NCBI GenBank assembly: GCA_040386765.1
Contig: JAZKEV010000402.1
Span: forward strand, 24,617-88,616
Reading direction: 5' to 3'
DNA from: Verrucomicrobiota bacterium
Lineage (GTDB): Bacteria; Verrucomicrobiota; Verrucomicrobiia; Opitutales; Opitutaceae
DNA: 64,000 nt
Positions 30,262 through 39,800 of the stretch are shown piece by piece (the first letter of the stretch is position 1; each line of letters starts with the position of its first letter). A model generated the notes under the pieces. That model was not told the origin of the DNA. It did not search any database and saw only the letters and a list, made by a program, of their open reading frames with translations. The translations under genes and the position numbers were made by a program.

Positions 30262-30942
30262 ATGACCGCAGATCAATATCACCGCGTCCTCGTTTCGCTT
30301 ACGGCTGCGGAAACAGAATTCGAACATAGTATGGCCGACTGGACGGTCGATGACCGAGAGCTTTACCGCGCGGTCCGGCTGCTGCGGGCGGAGGTCTTGA
30401 AGCGCGAGTCGGGGCATCCCTTTCCGCAGATTGGCGCGACGACCGCGCTGGCCTTTGTGGCGGCGGGCAGTGGCGCGGGCCGCGTGGTGGATATCCACGA
30501 CGAGGGCCGCAGCGCCGCGGCGGCGGGCACCCGCCCGATCCGTGTCATGGTCGTCGACGACGAGACCTCGATCCGGATGATCGTGCGCCTGTTTTTCAAT
30601 GACACCCCGGATATCGAGGTGGTCGCTGAGGCCAAGAACGGGCTCGAGGCAGTGGAAGCCGCTGTAGCGTTTCGCCCGACCGTCATCCTCATGGATCTAA
30701 ACATGCCGCTGATCAACGGCCTGGAGGCGGCGAGGACGATCCTGCGGCTGTATCCGAGCTCGAAGATCGTGATGTTTACGGCGAATCGAGACCCGCGTAA
30801 TCTGGCGCTCGCGCTGGAAGCGGGAATGGTTGGCTACCTCAACAAGCCGGCCGGCCGCAATGAAGTGATCGCGATGGTACGCGCCGCCCATCAAGGCGCG
30901 GTACGTCTCGGCGAGCTGCAGGAAGTCGCCCGGATGGGCTGA
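30262..30942 (+). CDS. Response regulator: N-terminal extension plus NarL-type receiver, no output domain
   Basis: VMVVDDE, ILMDLNMP (phospho-Asp), MFTA, YLNKP; no HTH after the receiver. Confidence 0.85.
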   Translation: MTADQYHRVLVSLTAAETEFEHSMADWTVDDRELYRAVRLLRAEVLKRESGHPFPQIGATTALAFVAAGSGAGRVVDIHDEGRSAAAAGTRPIRVMVVDDETSIRMIVRLFFNDTPDIEVVAEAKNGLEAVEAAVAFRPTVILMDLNMPLINGLEAARTILRLYPSSKIVMFTANRDPRNLALALEAGMVGYLNKPAGRNEVIAMVRAAHQGAVRLGELQEVARMG

Positions 30943-31229
30943 TTCGGGCGCGAAAGCGCTCGTCAGAAAATCGAGCTTCCCTCGGCAGTGGCGGTCATCG
31001 ACCGCCGCTTACATGCGCGTTCCCACGTCATTTTGGACTTTCATGGCGAGGGGCGAGACGACGAAGCAATCCCTCCGGCCTTCACGGCGTGCTTCGCATC
31101 CTCCTTCGCGCGACGACAAGAACCCAGACGGCGGGGGCTTTTGCTACTACTGTCGGTACGCCCGTGCGTCCGCGCCCGCGCCATGAGGACTTCGTCCTCT
31201 CCTGTCATCCAAAACCTGGCGATCGCTGG

Positions 31230-33047
31230 TTACCAGGTACCGACGGGAGTCGAGCGTAAATTGCCGGTGTTTTCCCAGATGTTGCTCGTGCGGGCTCTGG
31301 GAAGCGCGACCGATTTCAGGTTCTCGTTGGTGGCGGCCTCTGCGAGGGATCGCTTCACGGCCTCGGCATTTGCCTTTGAATTGCGACTGACAATAGCGAA
31401 CAATTCGCGAAAATCTTCATGCTGCCGCATCTCGGTCCAATCGGCGTCTTCGGCCAGCACCTGAGCTTGATCGAAGCCGAGCTCTGCGGCGCGGCGCAGC
31501 GCGTCGAAGGCGTACGGAATCCGCAGCCCGCCGTCGCGGGCCTCGATGCAGCCCAAGTTATAGTAGTGAATGGCGTTATTTGGCTCCCAGGTGATCATCT
31601 CGCCGCACAGGTTGCGCGCTTTCGCAAAATCGCCCGCCGCAGCGGCCTGCAGCATGGCAGGCACCACGCCGGATGTCGGATCGATGTCGTGCCGGCGCAA
31701 CTGCGCGACGAGGCGCGCGCGCGGCAGGCCCGCGACGCGGGCGGCCTCGGTGAGATTGCGCTCCACCCGGCGGATTAGCTCTTGAAAATAGAGTTTCTCG
31801 ACACCGGCTCGCACTGCGGCAAAATCGCCTTGGAGCAGCTGGGTAATCGGAGGCGCACTCAGGACTTCCGGTTCGGGCGTGCCGCTGACGAAATTGGCAG
31901 GCAGATCCGACGCGCCGATCAGCGGGTGATCGTGCAGCACCGCGAGGCGCTCGACGACGTGCTCAAGCTCGCGGACGTTGCCGGGCCAGCGGTGCTGCTG
32001 GAGGATGCGCATTGCCTCTTCGGTGAAGCCGGAGGGGAAGCTGCGCTCGGCGCGGTGTTTGCGGAGAAAGTGGGTGGCGAGGAGCGGGATGTCGTGCGAC
32101 CGGCGTCGCAGCGCGGGCAGCGTGATGCGGATGACGTTGAGGCGGTAGTAGAGATCCGCGCGGAAGCGGCCCGTCTCCACTTCCTGGAGGAGATCGCGAT
32201 TGGTCGCGGCGACGACGCGGGTATTGGACCGGATTGTAGTGTTACTTCCGATACGGCTGAAGCATCCGCTCTGCAGCACGCGCAACAGCTTCGACTGCAA
32301 CGGAAGAGTCAGCTCGCCGATTTCATCGAGAAACAGGGTGCCCTGATCGGCCTGCTCAAAGCGGCCGATGCGCCGATCCGTCGCGCCCGTGAAGGCGCCG
32401 CGCTCGTGGCCGAACAACTCGCTCTCGAGGAGATTCTCGGGAATCGCCGCGCAATTCACCTCGACGAAGGGGTGGTTGCGGCGCGGGCTCTGCTCGTGGA
32501 CGGCTTGGGCCACCAGTTGCTTGCCCGTGCCTGTCTCGCCGAGGATCAACACCCGGGAATCTCTTTTGCTGGCGAGTTCGATCAGGTCGAAGATGGCCTT
32601 CATAGCGGGATCTTCGGAGATGATCAAGGTCTGGCCGGCTGTTACCGGGCGCGGCGGGGGTACGCTCACCGCGACCAGATGTTCGACCTTCGCCAGCAGC
32701 TCTGCATCAGAAAGCGGAAACTCGATGAAATCGACGCAGCCATCGATCGATGCTTCGGGCGGACGCGCGCCGGGAATGCCGACGCCGATGAGCGCAAAAT
32801 TGAGTGAGCGGCCTTCCGCGGTGGCGCGGCGAATGAATTCACGGGAATCGAGTTCGCGCATGCCGCGCGCGATCAGAACCAGATCGGGCTGGTCGCCGCG
32901 CAGCCGGCGCAGGGCGCGCAGCGGGCTCATGCAAACGGTTATATCGGGGCAGCGATCCTTCAGGACGTTCCGCAGCTGCTGGCAGCGATCGGCGTTTTCG
33001 TCGGCAATGAAGATGTGTTTGTCGGTCAGCGGCGAAGTGGTCCCCAT
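31230..33047 (-). CDS. Sigma-54-dependent transcriptional activator (pseudo-receiver + AAA+ + HTH + TPR-like), paralog 2
   Basis: Same architecture and motifs as 24923-26659; start ATG 33047 by alignment with paralog 1. Confidence 0.93.
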   Translation of the reverse strand: MGTTSPLTDKHIFIADENADRCQQLRNVLKDRCPDITVCMSPLRALRRLRGDQPDLVLIARGMRELDSREFIRRATAEGRSLNFALIGVGIPGARPPEASIDGCVDFIEFPLSDAELLAKVEHLVAVSVPPPRPVTAGQTLIISEDPAMKAIFDLIELASKRDSRVLILGETGTGKQLVAQAVHEQSPRRNHPFVEVNCAAIPENLLESELFGHERGAFTGATDRRIGRFEQADQGTLFLDEIGELTLPLQSKLLRVLQSGCFSRIGSNTTIRSNTRVVAATNRDLLQEVETGRFRADLYYRLNVIRITLPALRRRSHDIPLLATHFLRKHRAERSFPSGFTEEAMRILQQHRWPGNVRELEHVVERLAVLHDHPLIGASDLPANFVSGTPEPEVLSAPPITQLLQGDFAAVRAGVEKLYFQELIRRVERNLTEAARVAGLPRARLVAQLRRHDIDPTSGVVPAMLQAAAAGDFAKARNLCGEMITWEPNNAIHYYNLGCIEARDGGLRIPYAFDALRRAAELGFDQAQVLAEDADWTEMRQHEDFRELFAIVSRNSKANAEAVKRSLAEAATNENLKSVALPRARTSNIWENTGNLRSTPVGTW

Positions 33048-33062
33048 AGCGAGCGCCAAGTG

Positions 33063-33078
33063 AGCAGCTTCCAAGCCG
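33063..33078 (-). promoter_or_regulatory. Putative sigma-54 promoter of activator 2
   Basis: CGGCTTGGAAGCTGCT, GG-N10-GC, 15 nt before ATG 33047. Confidence 0.65.
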
Positions 33079-33196
33079 ACCGCCCAGAATGAATGCGCGC
33101 GGCTTTTGCGTATCCTGTCGCCACTCGTAGACGTTACAAATGAGACACGTTTTGAAGGCAAATCGCAGCAGGGCGCGCTGCAATTGCAAACAAGGC

Positions 33197-33225
33197 AAAT
33201 TTAATTAGCCGGTAATATTAAATTT
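33197..33225. promoter_or_regulatory. AT-rich inverted repeat, candidate enhancer or protein-binding site
   Basis: AAATTTAAT-N11-ATTAAATTT within an AT-rich patch about 120-150 bp upstream of the activator 2 promoter. Confidence 0.4.
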
Positions 33226-33244
33226 ATGGCGATTAATTATGATA

Positions 33245-33502
33245 TTATTGCAAGTGACGCTGAGGGCCCCGTGGCATGCGTAGGCACCGTAAAGGACGTC
33301 CGCTTCCTTCGCGCGAGTGACACGCCAGGCTGCGAACGCTCACAACGTTGAGGAGCAACGACTCAGGGCGCTGCCCATTTTCTGCCGTCACACGCAATCC
33401 ATGCTCATCCTCACGCGCCTCTGGCGCCACGTGGAACGCGCGGAGCGTCAGGAGCCAGCCCAAGGCTGCGACGATGCCGACTGCAAAGAGAATGAAATGC
33501 AT
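33245..33502 (-). CDS. Small single-TM protein with AP(E)x(x)EDExG motif
   Basis: MHFILFAVGIVAALGWLLTLRAFHVAPEAREDEHGL; resembles small TM+APxGYEDExGF proteins as I recall them. Confidence 0.5.
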   Translation of the reverse strand: MHFILFAVGIVAALGWLLTLRAFHVAPEAREDEHGLRVTAENGQRPESLLLNVVSVRSLACHSREGSGRPLRCLRMPRGPQRHLQ

Positions 33503-33607
33503 GGGGCGTGCGGACTCCTGCATTTCCATTCGTCACGAACGATACCGCGCTGAAGCCAAATAGTGCGACGAAAGGCGTGAAGTACCGGATGCGCCGGTGC
33601 GCCGCGA

Positions 33608-34825
33608 TCAAGGCACCTGCTGCATCGGGGATGCGGAAGGGGGTGTAACCCGCTGAAAACTGAATTGAGCCACAGCCTGAATAAAACTCTCCGCACTCCG
33701 CTGAATGTGGAAGCGCTTTTGAAAACTGGCGGAAGCATTCTCTCGCATGGTCTGCCGCGCGGCCGGGCTCAGGGCGTGGAAGCGCTCGATAAGCCGCAGC
33801 GCACCTGGTTCGTCATCGGTCTCCACGAAGCCACCGTCGTCGGAGACGATTTCGCGCCAGATGTTGACCTTGTTGGAGATAAGCACGGGCCGGCTGCACG
33901 CGAGCGATTCGGCGACCACGAGTCCGAAGTTTTCCTGGTGAGAAGGGAGGATGAAGGCCTCGGACTGGTAGTAGGCGCCCCACTTCAGATCGCCCGTGAG
34001 CATGCCCGTCCATGTCACCTGGCTGGAAATGCCGAGGGAGCGTTCGAGATTTTGCATTTCCCTCCCATAGGGATGATCGGCCGGGCCAGCCATGATGAGA
34101 TGCCACGTGGCGGCTTCCGCGGGCGGGAGCTTGCGGAGGAAGGTGGTGAAGGCACGCAGGAGAAGATCCGGCCCCTTCTTTTCGTGCATGCGTCCGAGGT
34201 GAAGCAGACATTGCTTGCCCTCCGTCTCGGGCCAGCGCGCGGCGAAGAGTTTGCGCCGGGCCTCCTCGTCACCGGGCGGCGGACCGGCCGTGCCGTAGTT
34301 CACGACAAATTCGTCGCAGCGGTAGAGCCAGAAGGACTGGCGCGCGAGGCGGCGCTCCTCCTCGCAAGTGAACAACACCGCCGCGGCATCGCGCAGCACG
34401 CGATAGTCGCCCCACGGCCAGTACATCCACTTCTTGAGGTGCTTGAGAGGATAGTGTTTCTTGAACCACGGATCGAGCATGCCGTGGGTGAAGACGAAGT
34501 AGGGGGTCGGCGTATTCCGAAGCGCACGCCAGGCGCCAAAGGCGTTGTACTGCCAGATGCCATTTATGACCACGCAGTCGTAGCGCGTGCGATTTTCCCG
34601 CAACCACGGGGTGAAATGTGGCGAATAACCGTAGCTCAAGCGCCCCGGTCCCTTCGCATGCACCTTGAGGGGACAGGTGCTCACCCACGGATCGGTCGGA
34701 GCATCGAGACTCAGCACCTCCACCTCGTGGCCATACGTTTTGTTGAGCGCTGACATCTGCTTCAGCCCCTCAATGGGTCCCCCGCCGGTGGGGTTTACGG
34801 ATCGGATGCAGTGAAGAATTCTCAT
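33608..34825 (-). CDS. Glycosyltransferase family 4
   Basis: MRILH, GGGP, HGMLDPW, GRMHEKKG, PSHQENFGLVVAESLA. Confidence 0.92.
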   Translation of the reverse strand: MRILHCIRSVNPTGGGPIEGLKQMSALNKTYGHEVEVLSLDAPTDPWVSTCPLKVHAKGPGRLSYGYSPHFTPWLRENRTRYDCVVINGIWQYNAFGAWRALRNTPTPYFVFTHGMLDPWFKKHYPLKHLKKWMYWPWGDYRVLRDAAAVLFTCEEERRLARQSFWLYRCDEFVVNYGTAGPPPGDEEARRKLFAARWPETEGKQCLLHLGRMHEKKGPDLLLRAFTTFLRKLPPAEAATWHLIMAGPADHPYGREMQNLERSLGISSQVTWTGMLTGDLKWGAYYQSEAFILPSHQENFGLVVAESLACSRPVLISNKVNIWREIVSDDGGFVETDDEPGALRLIERFHALSPAARQTMRENASASFQKRFHIQRSAESFIQAVAQFSFQRVTPPSASPMQQVP

Positions 34826-34841
34826 GTACGGGTGGAGCGCC

Positions 34842-35453
34842 TTATTGATGGCTGCACTGATGATAGTGGTGGCGAGCGCAGTCCGGGCAGACCTTCGGTT
34901 TTGGCACGGCATCGGAATTGGCCGCGATATACTCCTGGACTTCCTGCCAGTAGCCATCGGCGGTGCCGATCTTCCGGCAATGCGTGCACATGGGCAGCGG
35001 CCCGCTGAAGGCGCGGAGTTTCTGGCGCGAGTGATCGATCGTGCGCTTCACCCGCGAGAGCGTGAGGACGACGAGAAGGAAAAACGTGAGGCGGCTTAAA
35101 GCATTTACGTAGCTGATCCAATATTCCGAGTAGACGTGCCCGGAGGTGGAGTCCGCCCAGTGCCACAACACGGTCGACAACAACGCCGCGCCGAACCCTG
35201 TCCATGGCCCAAAGCACCACGCGAAAAGGCCGATCGGGATGGAGTAGAGCGGGAAGACCGAGATCTCGTGACCAGAGGCGACGTCGAAATACGCCATGCC
35301 GGCCAGCAGCGATAAGAGGAAGAGCGCGAGCAGCGGACGCGCAAAGCGCAGGAGGCCCGTGGGCTTTGCCGCGGGCGGAAAGAGCGTGGCCGAACTGGCG
35401 GGAAAGGGTCGAGGTGGGCTCGTGGTGAGGTCGTCAGACATGAGGAGGTTCAT
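34842..35453 (-). CDS. Membrane protein (DUF4118-like TM bundle) with C-terminal CxxC..CxxC zinc-ribbon
   Basis: About 4 TM helices with YSIPI motif; LPMCTHCRKI...GYWQEVQEYI...CPDC. Confidence 0.75.
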   Translation of the reverse strand: MNLLMSDDLTTSPPRPFPASSATLFPPAAKPTGLLRFARPLLALFLLSLLAGMAYFDVASGHEISVFPLYSIPIGLFAWCFGPWTGFGAALLSTVLWHWADSTSGHVYSEYWISYVNALSRLTFFLLVVLTLSRVKRTIDHSRQKLRAFSGPLPMCTHCRKIGTADGYWQEVQEYIAANSDAVPKPKVCPDCARHHYHQCSHQ

Positions 35454-35467
35454 CCAAAGCGAAGCGG

Positions 35468-36040
35468 TCAGGAGTTGAGGGTCGCGATCGGCGTGCGCAC
35501 AGGCCGCGCTGGATTGCCGGCGTAGACTCCGCCGGGAGGGACATTTTTAGTGACGACCGCGCAGGCGCCGATGACTGCCCGGGCGCCAATCGTCACGCCG
35601 GGCAGCACAAATGCGCGCGCGCCGACGAAGGCATCGCGCTCGACTGAGATCGGTGCGGTCTGCAGCGGCAGACTCGGATCCGTGAAATCGTGCGTGCCCG
35701 TGCAGAGATAGGCTTCCTGCGCAATGGTCGCGCCCTCGTGCAGCACGATGGGGCCGAGCGAGTAGGCCGAGGCGCGATCGCCGAGGCAGGCACGATGGTG
35801 CAGGGTGAGATTCCACGGTTGCTGGATACGGGCGCGACCGTGCACGAACGGGCGGCCGTGAATCGTGGCGCCGAAGAGGCGCAGCAACAGCAGGCGCCAC
35901 GCGTTCAGCGGTTTCGGTGTCCAGCCGGCGCCGATGACCCAGACGTACTCCCAGATGAGTAGCGCGAGCCGCCGACGAAACGACCATGGCGACGAGTAGG
36001 CGTCGGACTGCTGATGGGATTGAAACCGAGGTGCGGCCAT
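35468..36040 (-). CDS. WcaF-like hexapeptide O-acetyltransferase
   Basis: WRLLLLRLFGA, PWNL, YLCTGTHD, VLPGVTIG, AGNPA. Confidence 0.9.
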   Translation of the reverse strand: MAAPRFQSHQQSDAYSSPWSFRRRLALLIWEYVWVIGAGWTPKPLNAWRLLLLRLFGATIHGRPFVHGRARIQQPWNLTLHHRACLGDRASAYSLGPIVLHEGATIAQEAYLCTGTHDFTDPSLPLQTAPISVERDAFVGARAFVLPGVTIGARAVIGACAVVTKNVPPGGVYAGNPARPVRTPIATLNS

Positions 36041-36043
36041 GGG

Positions 36044-37231
36044 TCAGGTTCGGTTTGGCTGCACAACGCCCATGAAACCCTCGAGGTAGCGGTCGGCGAT
36101 CGCATCGATCGAGAGCGAGGCGGCGCGTGAAATCGCCGCGGCGCGTACGCCGGGATCTTTTCCTGCGATCAGGCCTTGATCGAGTGCACGTGCCAGCTGG
36201 TCGGCTGCGTCGGGCGCGGTGCAGTTAAAACGGAGCGCAAACGGGTCGTCCTGCAGGTAGTCGTTGAAGCATTCGAGATCGGATACCACCACGGGCAGGC
36301 CATGCGAGAGCGCTTCCACGGGTGCGACGGGTGAGGCCTCCCCCTTCGCGGCCAGCGTGGGATACGCAAACGTGCCGGCTTCCGCGTAGTGGCCCGCGAG
36401 AGCCCGCTCGTCGAAGACGGGTCCGGTGAATTCGATGCTCGAGCCGAACGGCGCGGCGCGACCCAGCAGGTCGGCATGGAAAGCGTCTCCCGCTCCACCA
36501 TAGCGCGTCTGCCACGGGCCGACGATGCGGAGGCGGGCCTCGGGCCGGCGAGCCTTCAAATGGGCAAACGCCTCGAGCAGCAGCGTGACGCCCTTTTCCG
36601 GATGCAGGCGCCCGACAAACAGCACGAGATTATCGTCGCGGCGGACCGGCTGCAGCGGTTGCACGGGCGATACGGGATTGGGAATGATGCAGACTTTCTC
36701 GCGCATCGCGGGAGCCTGCTCGATCATCGCATGGGCGATCACGCTCGAGACGGTCTGCAGGCGCGCCGCGCGCGTGTAGAGGCGCATCTGGCCCTTGGGG
36801 TAGCGCTGCACGTGCACCCAGAGGGCGCCATGCCGGCGGGGCGAAAGCACGCACGGCGTGAAGAACGTATTGGTCACCACCACGTCGGAGGCGGGAAGAA
36901 TGCGCCGAATCCTCAGGCTGAAGATCAAGTCGAGCAGCTTGAGTTTGACCAGCGAGGCCGGCACGTCGAAGCCCGGCACGCGCAGGTGGCGGACGTGGTC
37001 GATCACCTCGGTCTCAGGCAAGCCGTCGCAGAGCCGGGAGAGGTGCGTTACCTCATGTCCACGGGCGGCGAAGGCCTTTCCCAGCGCGAACCAGATCTTC
37101 TCGACTGCGCCGCCGCGCAGCGCGGGGACGGGGAGAAACGCGCCCTGCACGATAGCGATGCGCAGCTTCCGCGTCGGCGGTGTGGACGACGTGGCACGCG
37201 AGGGCGGGGTGAATGGAGCGGCAAGACTCAT
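36044..37231 (-). CDS. Glycosyltransferase family 4
   Basis: PVPALRGGAVE, FVGRLHPEKG, EASPVAPVEA; ATGA overlap with upstream gene. Confidence 0.9.
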   Translation of the reverse strand: MSLAAPFTPPSRATSSTPPTRKLRIAIVQGAFLPVPALRGGAVEKIWFALGKAFAARGHEVTHLSRLCDGLPETEVIDHVRHLRVPGFDVPASLVKLKLLDLIFSLRIRRILPASDVVVTNTFFTPCVLSPRRHGALWVHVQRYPKGQMRLYTRAARLQTVSSVIAHAMIEQAPAMREKVCIIPNPVSPVQPLQPVRRDDNLVLFVGRLHPEKGVTLLLEAFAHLKARRPEARLRIVGPWQTRYGGAGDAFHADLLGRAAPFGSSIEFTGPVFDERALAGHYAEAGTFAYPTLAAKGEASPVAPVEALSHGLPVVVSDLECFNDYLQDDPFALRFNCTAPDAADQLARALDQGLIAGKDPGVRAAAISRAASLSIDAIADRYLEGFMGVVQPNRT

Positions 37232-38391
37232 GAGGTGCCGGCGCCTCCCAATTCGCGGTAGAGGGCTTCGTAGCGATCCAGCATGGTATCCAGCGACCAG
37301 CGTTTCGCGGCGCGGAGGCCGCGGGCGGACATCTCTGGGCGGGTCGGCCACGCCGCGAGGATGCGCTGTGCGGCACTGGGCTCGGAGGTCGGATCGAAAT
37401 AGGCCGCCGCATCTCCGCCGACGTCGGTCATCGGCGCGCGGTTCGTGGTGAAGACCGGGCAGCCGCAGGCCTGCGCCTCAGCGATCGGCCAGCCGAAACC
37501 CTCCTCCCATGAGGGAAAGAGGAGCCCCTCGGCCGCGCTGTAGAGCGCCTGGAGGTCCTCGTTGGAGATTCCCGTTACGGAGACGATGTCCTGGTCGACG
37601 CCGAGCTGCCGCGCCAAAGCCGCGTCCGCTTCAGACAGGGGTTTGCCCACCATCACCAAGGTCTGGGGCATGCCGGGCGCAGCCCGGAGTTGCGCAAAAA
37701 TGGCGAGCAGGCCGCGGCGGTTCTTATACCATTGTCCGCCGCCGACGTTGAGGAGGTAGCCGGCGCCTGTTTTAGGATCGGCTCCGATGCGCGCAGCGAG
37801 TTCGGGCCAGCGCTGCACATGCCGCCAAGCCTCCGCGCGCGGCACGGGCCGGTAGGGGTAGTTCAGGGCGTTGGGCACGACGCTGACCCGTTCCCGTGGA
37901 AGCGGGGCAAGGCGCAGGAGATGGTGTAATGTTTCCTCGGATACGCAGGCGACGCGGCGCGACTGGCCGATATGATTCAGAATCCAACCCTGATAGCGCG
38001 TGCCCATTTTCGTGAGGCGCTGCTGCGGAATCTCCCCGCGGGCCGCGCGAATCTGCAGGAGGTCGTGGCAGGTGGTGAGCACGGCGCGCGATCCGCACGC
38101 GGCCGCGTAGGGTGCGTTGGCGTGATCGACGATGTGCACCGCGGCGGGCGATTCCTTTTCGAGGACCCGGCGCAACGCGCGGGGGAAGAGCACGAACTTG
38201 TCGACGTAGCCGAGGTACTTGGGCAGGCCGCCATAGCGGTAGGGCCGGGCGAGCCGGGCGAAGACGGGGCGCGGCTCCGCGTGCACGACGCTCCAGCCTC
38301 GCGCGCCGAGACCCGTCCCGAGCATGCCCGCAAAGCGCAGCATGCTTTCCTGTGCATCAGGCCGAAAGTTACCGATGATAACGATCTTCAT
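37228..38391 (-). CDS. Glycosyltransferase family 4
   Basis: TCHDL, WYKNR, FPSWEEGFGWPIAEAQACG. Confidence 0.92.
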   Translation of the reverse strand: MKIVIIGNFRPDAQESMLRFAGMLGTGLGARGWSVVHAEPRPVFARLARPYRYGGLPKYLGYVDKFVLFPRALRRVLEKESPAAVHIVDHANAPYAAACGSRAVLTTCHDLLQIRAARGEIPQQRLTKMGTRYQGWILNHIGQSRRVACVSEETLHHLLRLAPLPRERVSVVPNALNYPYRPVPRAEAWRHVQRWPELAARIGADPKTGAGYLLNVGGGQWYKNRRGLLAIFAQLRAAPGMPQTLVMVGKPLSEADAALARQLGVDQDIVSVTGISNEDLQALYSAAEGLLFPSWEEGFGWPIAEAQACGCPVFTTNRAPMTDVGGDAAAYFDPTSEPSAAQRILAAWPTRPEMSARGLRAAKRWSLDTMLDRYEALYRELGGAGTS

Positions 38392-39787
38392 GCACGGAGG
38401 TCCCGCGTTGCTTTGATACTGTTTTCGGGATGATCGGGAGTCGGAGGGCGGAGGCCACGGGCAGCGCGGGATTCATCGCCGGAGCGAAGGTTATGATCGG
38501 GGCGAGCTCGGGAGCGGGTTTCAGGGATTTGACGGAGTTCAACGCGCCGAGGAGCAGACCCGAGCCCACGACGGTGAAGCCAAGCACGGTTGGCGGCGCC
38601 CACTGGCCGTTCACCAACGGAACGCAGGTGGCGGAGAAAAGCAGTAGCGGCAGGGCGTCTTTATTTTCGAACAAGGCGCGTATGCTTCTGAGGGCGAGAT
38701 AGCCCGCGAGGAAAAGTCGCAGGAAGATGAAGCCAGTGCCTACGATGGCGCCGAGCTCCATGTAGATTTTGCCGTATTCCTCCTCGGCGAGGAGGAAGCC
38801 GACCTGGCCCGAAAGCAGGCGCGCGCCGACGTTCGAGCCCACGCCGATGCCCCGGCCGAAGAGCGGCGCCTCCATCGCGTAATAGAGCGGGTTGGTGATC
38901 GTGCTGATGGTGCGGTCGACCACGTCCGCCCAGCCGTCGCCTTCGGTTGCGGTCGCGGCGGTCTCCCAGCGCATGCCGAAGACCATGCTGCCCTGCTTGA
39001 AAATCGGCAGCTGCGTGACCACCGCCGCCACGATACCGAGGAGCAGGAGGGGTTTCAGCATCTTGATGCCTTTGCCCCCCGCAAAGGGCAGCGTGATGAC
39101 AAACACCGCGCCAACGATTCCGGTGGCAAGCATCACCGTGCGGCTGATCGAGACGGGCAGAGCCACCAGAATCGCGATGCCGGCGCCCACGAGCAGGGGC
39201 CACTTGAGCCGGCCGTGGCCGGCCACCTGATCGAAGAAAAACGCCGCACAGAAGGGAAAGTAGAGCTGGGGACCGGTGATAAACGCGAACGTACCGGGCG
39301 GACGGATACGGCCGTCCGCGCCGAAGATCTGACCGCCTTCGTCGGCGCCGACGCCCTTGTTGATCCACGCATCCATGGGGGAGCTGAACTGCTCCACCAT
39401 GAGAAAGGTCATCGGAATGGCGGAAAGCAGGATAAAAGCGCCCAGCAGCTCGACATCGCGACGCGTCAGCACGGTGCCCATCACCCAGATCAACGGCAGG
39501 TGGAAGTAATTGATCCGTACGCCGTAAGCTATCACCAGCGCATTGCTCATGCCGCCCAGGAGCGAGCTTATGACGGAGGCGACGGCGAGCCCGAGGATCG
39601 AAATGACGAAGCCATTGAGCGGCAGCGATCCCCGCACCAAGGCCAGGATGTAAATGCCCACCACGACCGGGTCGCGCACGATCAGGAGCGGCTCCGCGAT
39701 GCCGGGGAATATCCACTTCCGCAGCGCGCCTTCGACGAGAAGGAGCACCACATAGGCCCAGATGAGAATTTTGAGGAAACGGTCCAC
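38369..39787 (-). CDS. Wzy-like polymerase / O-antigen-ligase-like membrane protein
   Basis: Many TM helices; EGALRKW, RPPGTF, SISRT, G.G.G.GSN, EEEYG; start uncertain (GTG 39787 chosen). Confidence 0.7.
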   Translation of the reverse strand: MDRFLKILIWAYVVLLLVEGALRKWIFPGIAEPLLIVRDPVVVGIYILALVRGSLPLNGFVISILGLAVASVISSLLGGMSNALVIAYGVRINYFHLPLIWVMGTVLTRRDVELLGAFILLSAIPMTFLMVEQFSSPMDAWINKGVGADEGGQIFGADGRIRPPGTFAFITGPQLYFPFCAAFFFDQVAGHGRLKWPLLVGAGIAILVALPVSISRTVMLATGIVGAVFVITLPFAGGKGIKMLKPLLLLGIVAAVVTQLPIFKQGSMVFGMRWETAATATEGDGWADVVDRTISTITNPLYYAMEAPLFGRGIGVGSNVGARLLSGQVGFLLAEEEYGKIYMELGAIVGTGFIFLRLFLAGYLALRSIRALFENKDALPLLLFSATCVPLVNGQWAPPTVLGFTVVGSGLLLGALNSVKSLKPAPELAPIITFAPAMNPALPVASALRLPIIPKTVSKQRGTSVHEDRYHR

Positions 39788-39800
39788 AGGCGACGATGAT

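Noticed and set aside
29708-30262. Minus-strand ORF that might explain the antisense sigma-54 box
   Set aside because: It starts upstream of the box, has no recognisable features and is the shadow of rsbW
33271-33286. TGGCATGCGTAGGC as a sigma-54 promoter
   Set aside because: GG-to-GC spacing is one base short and there is no downstream plus-strand gene
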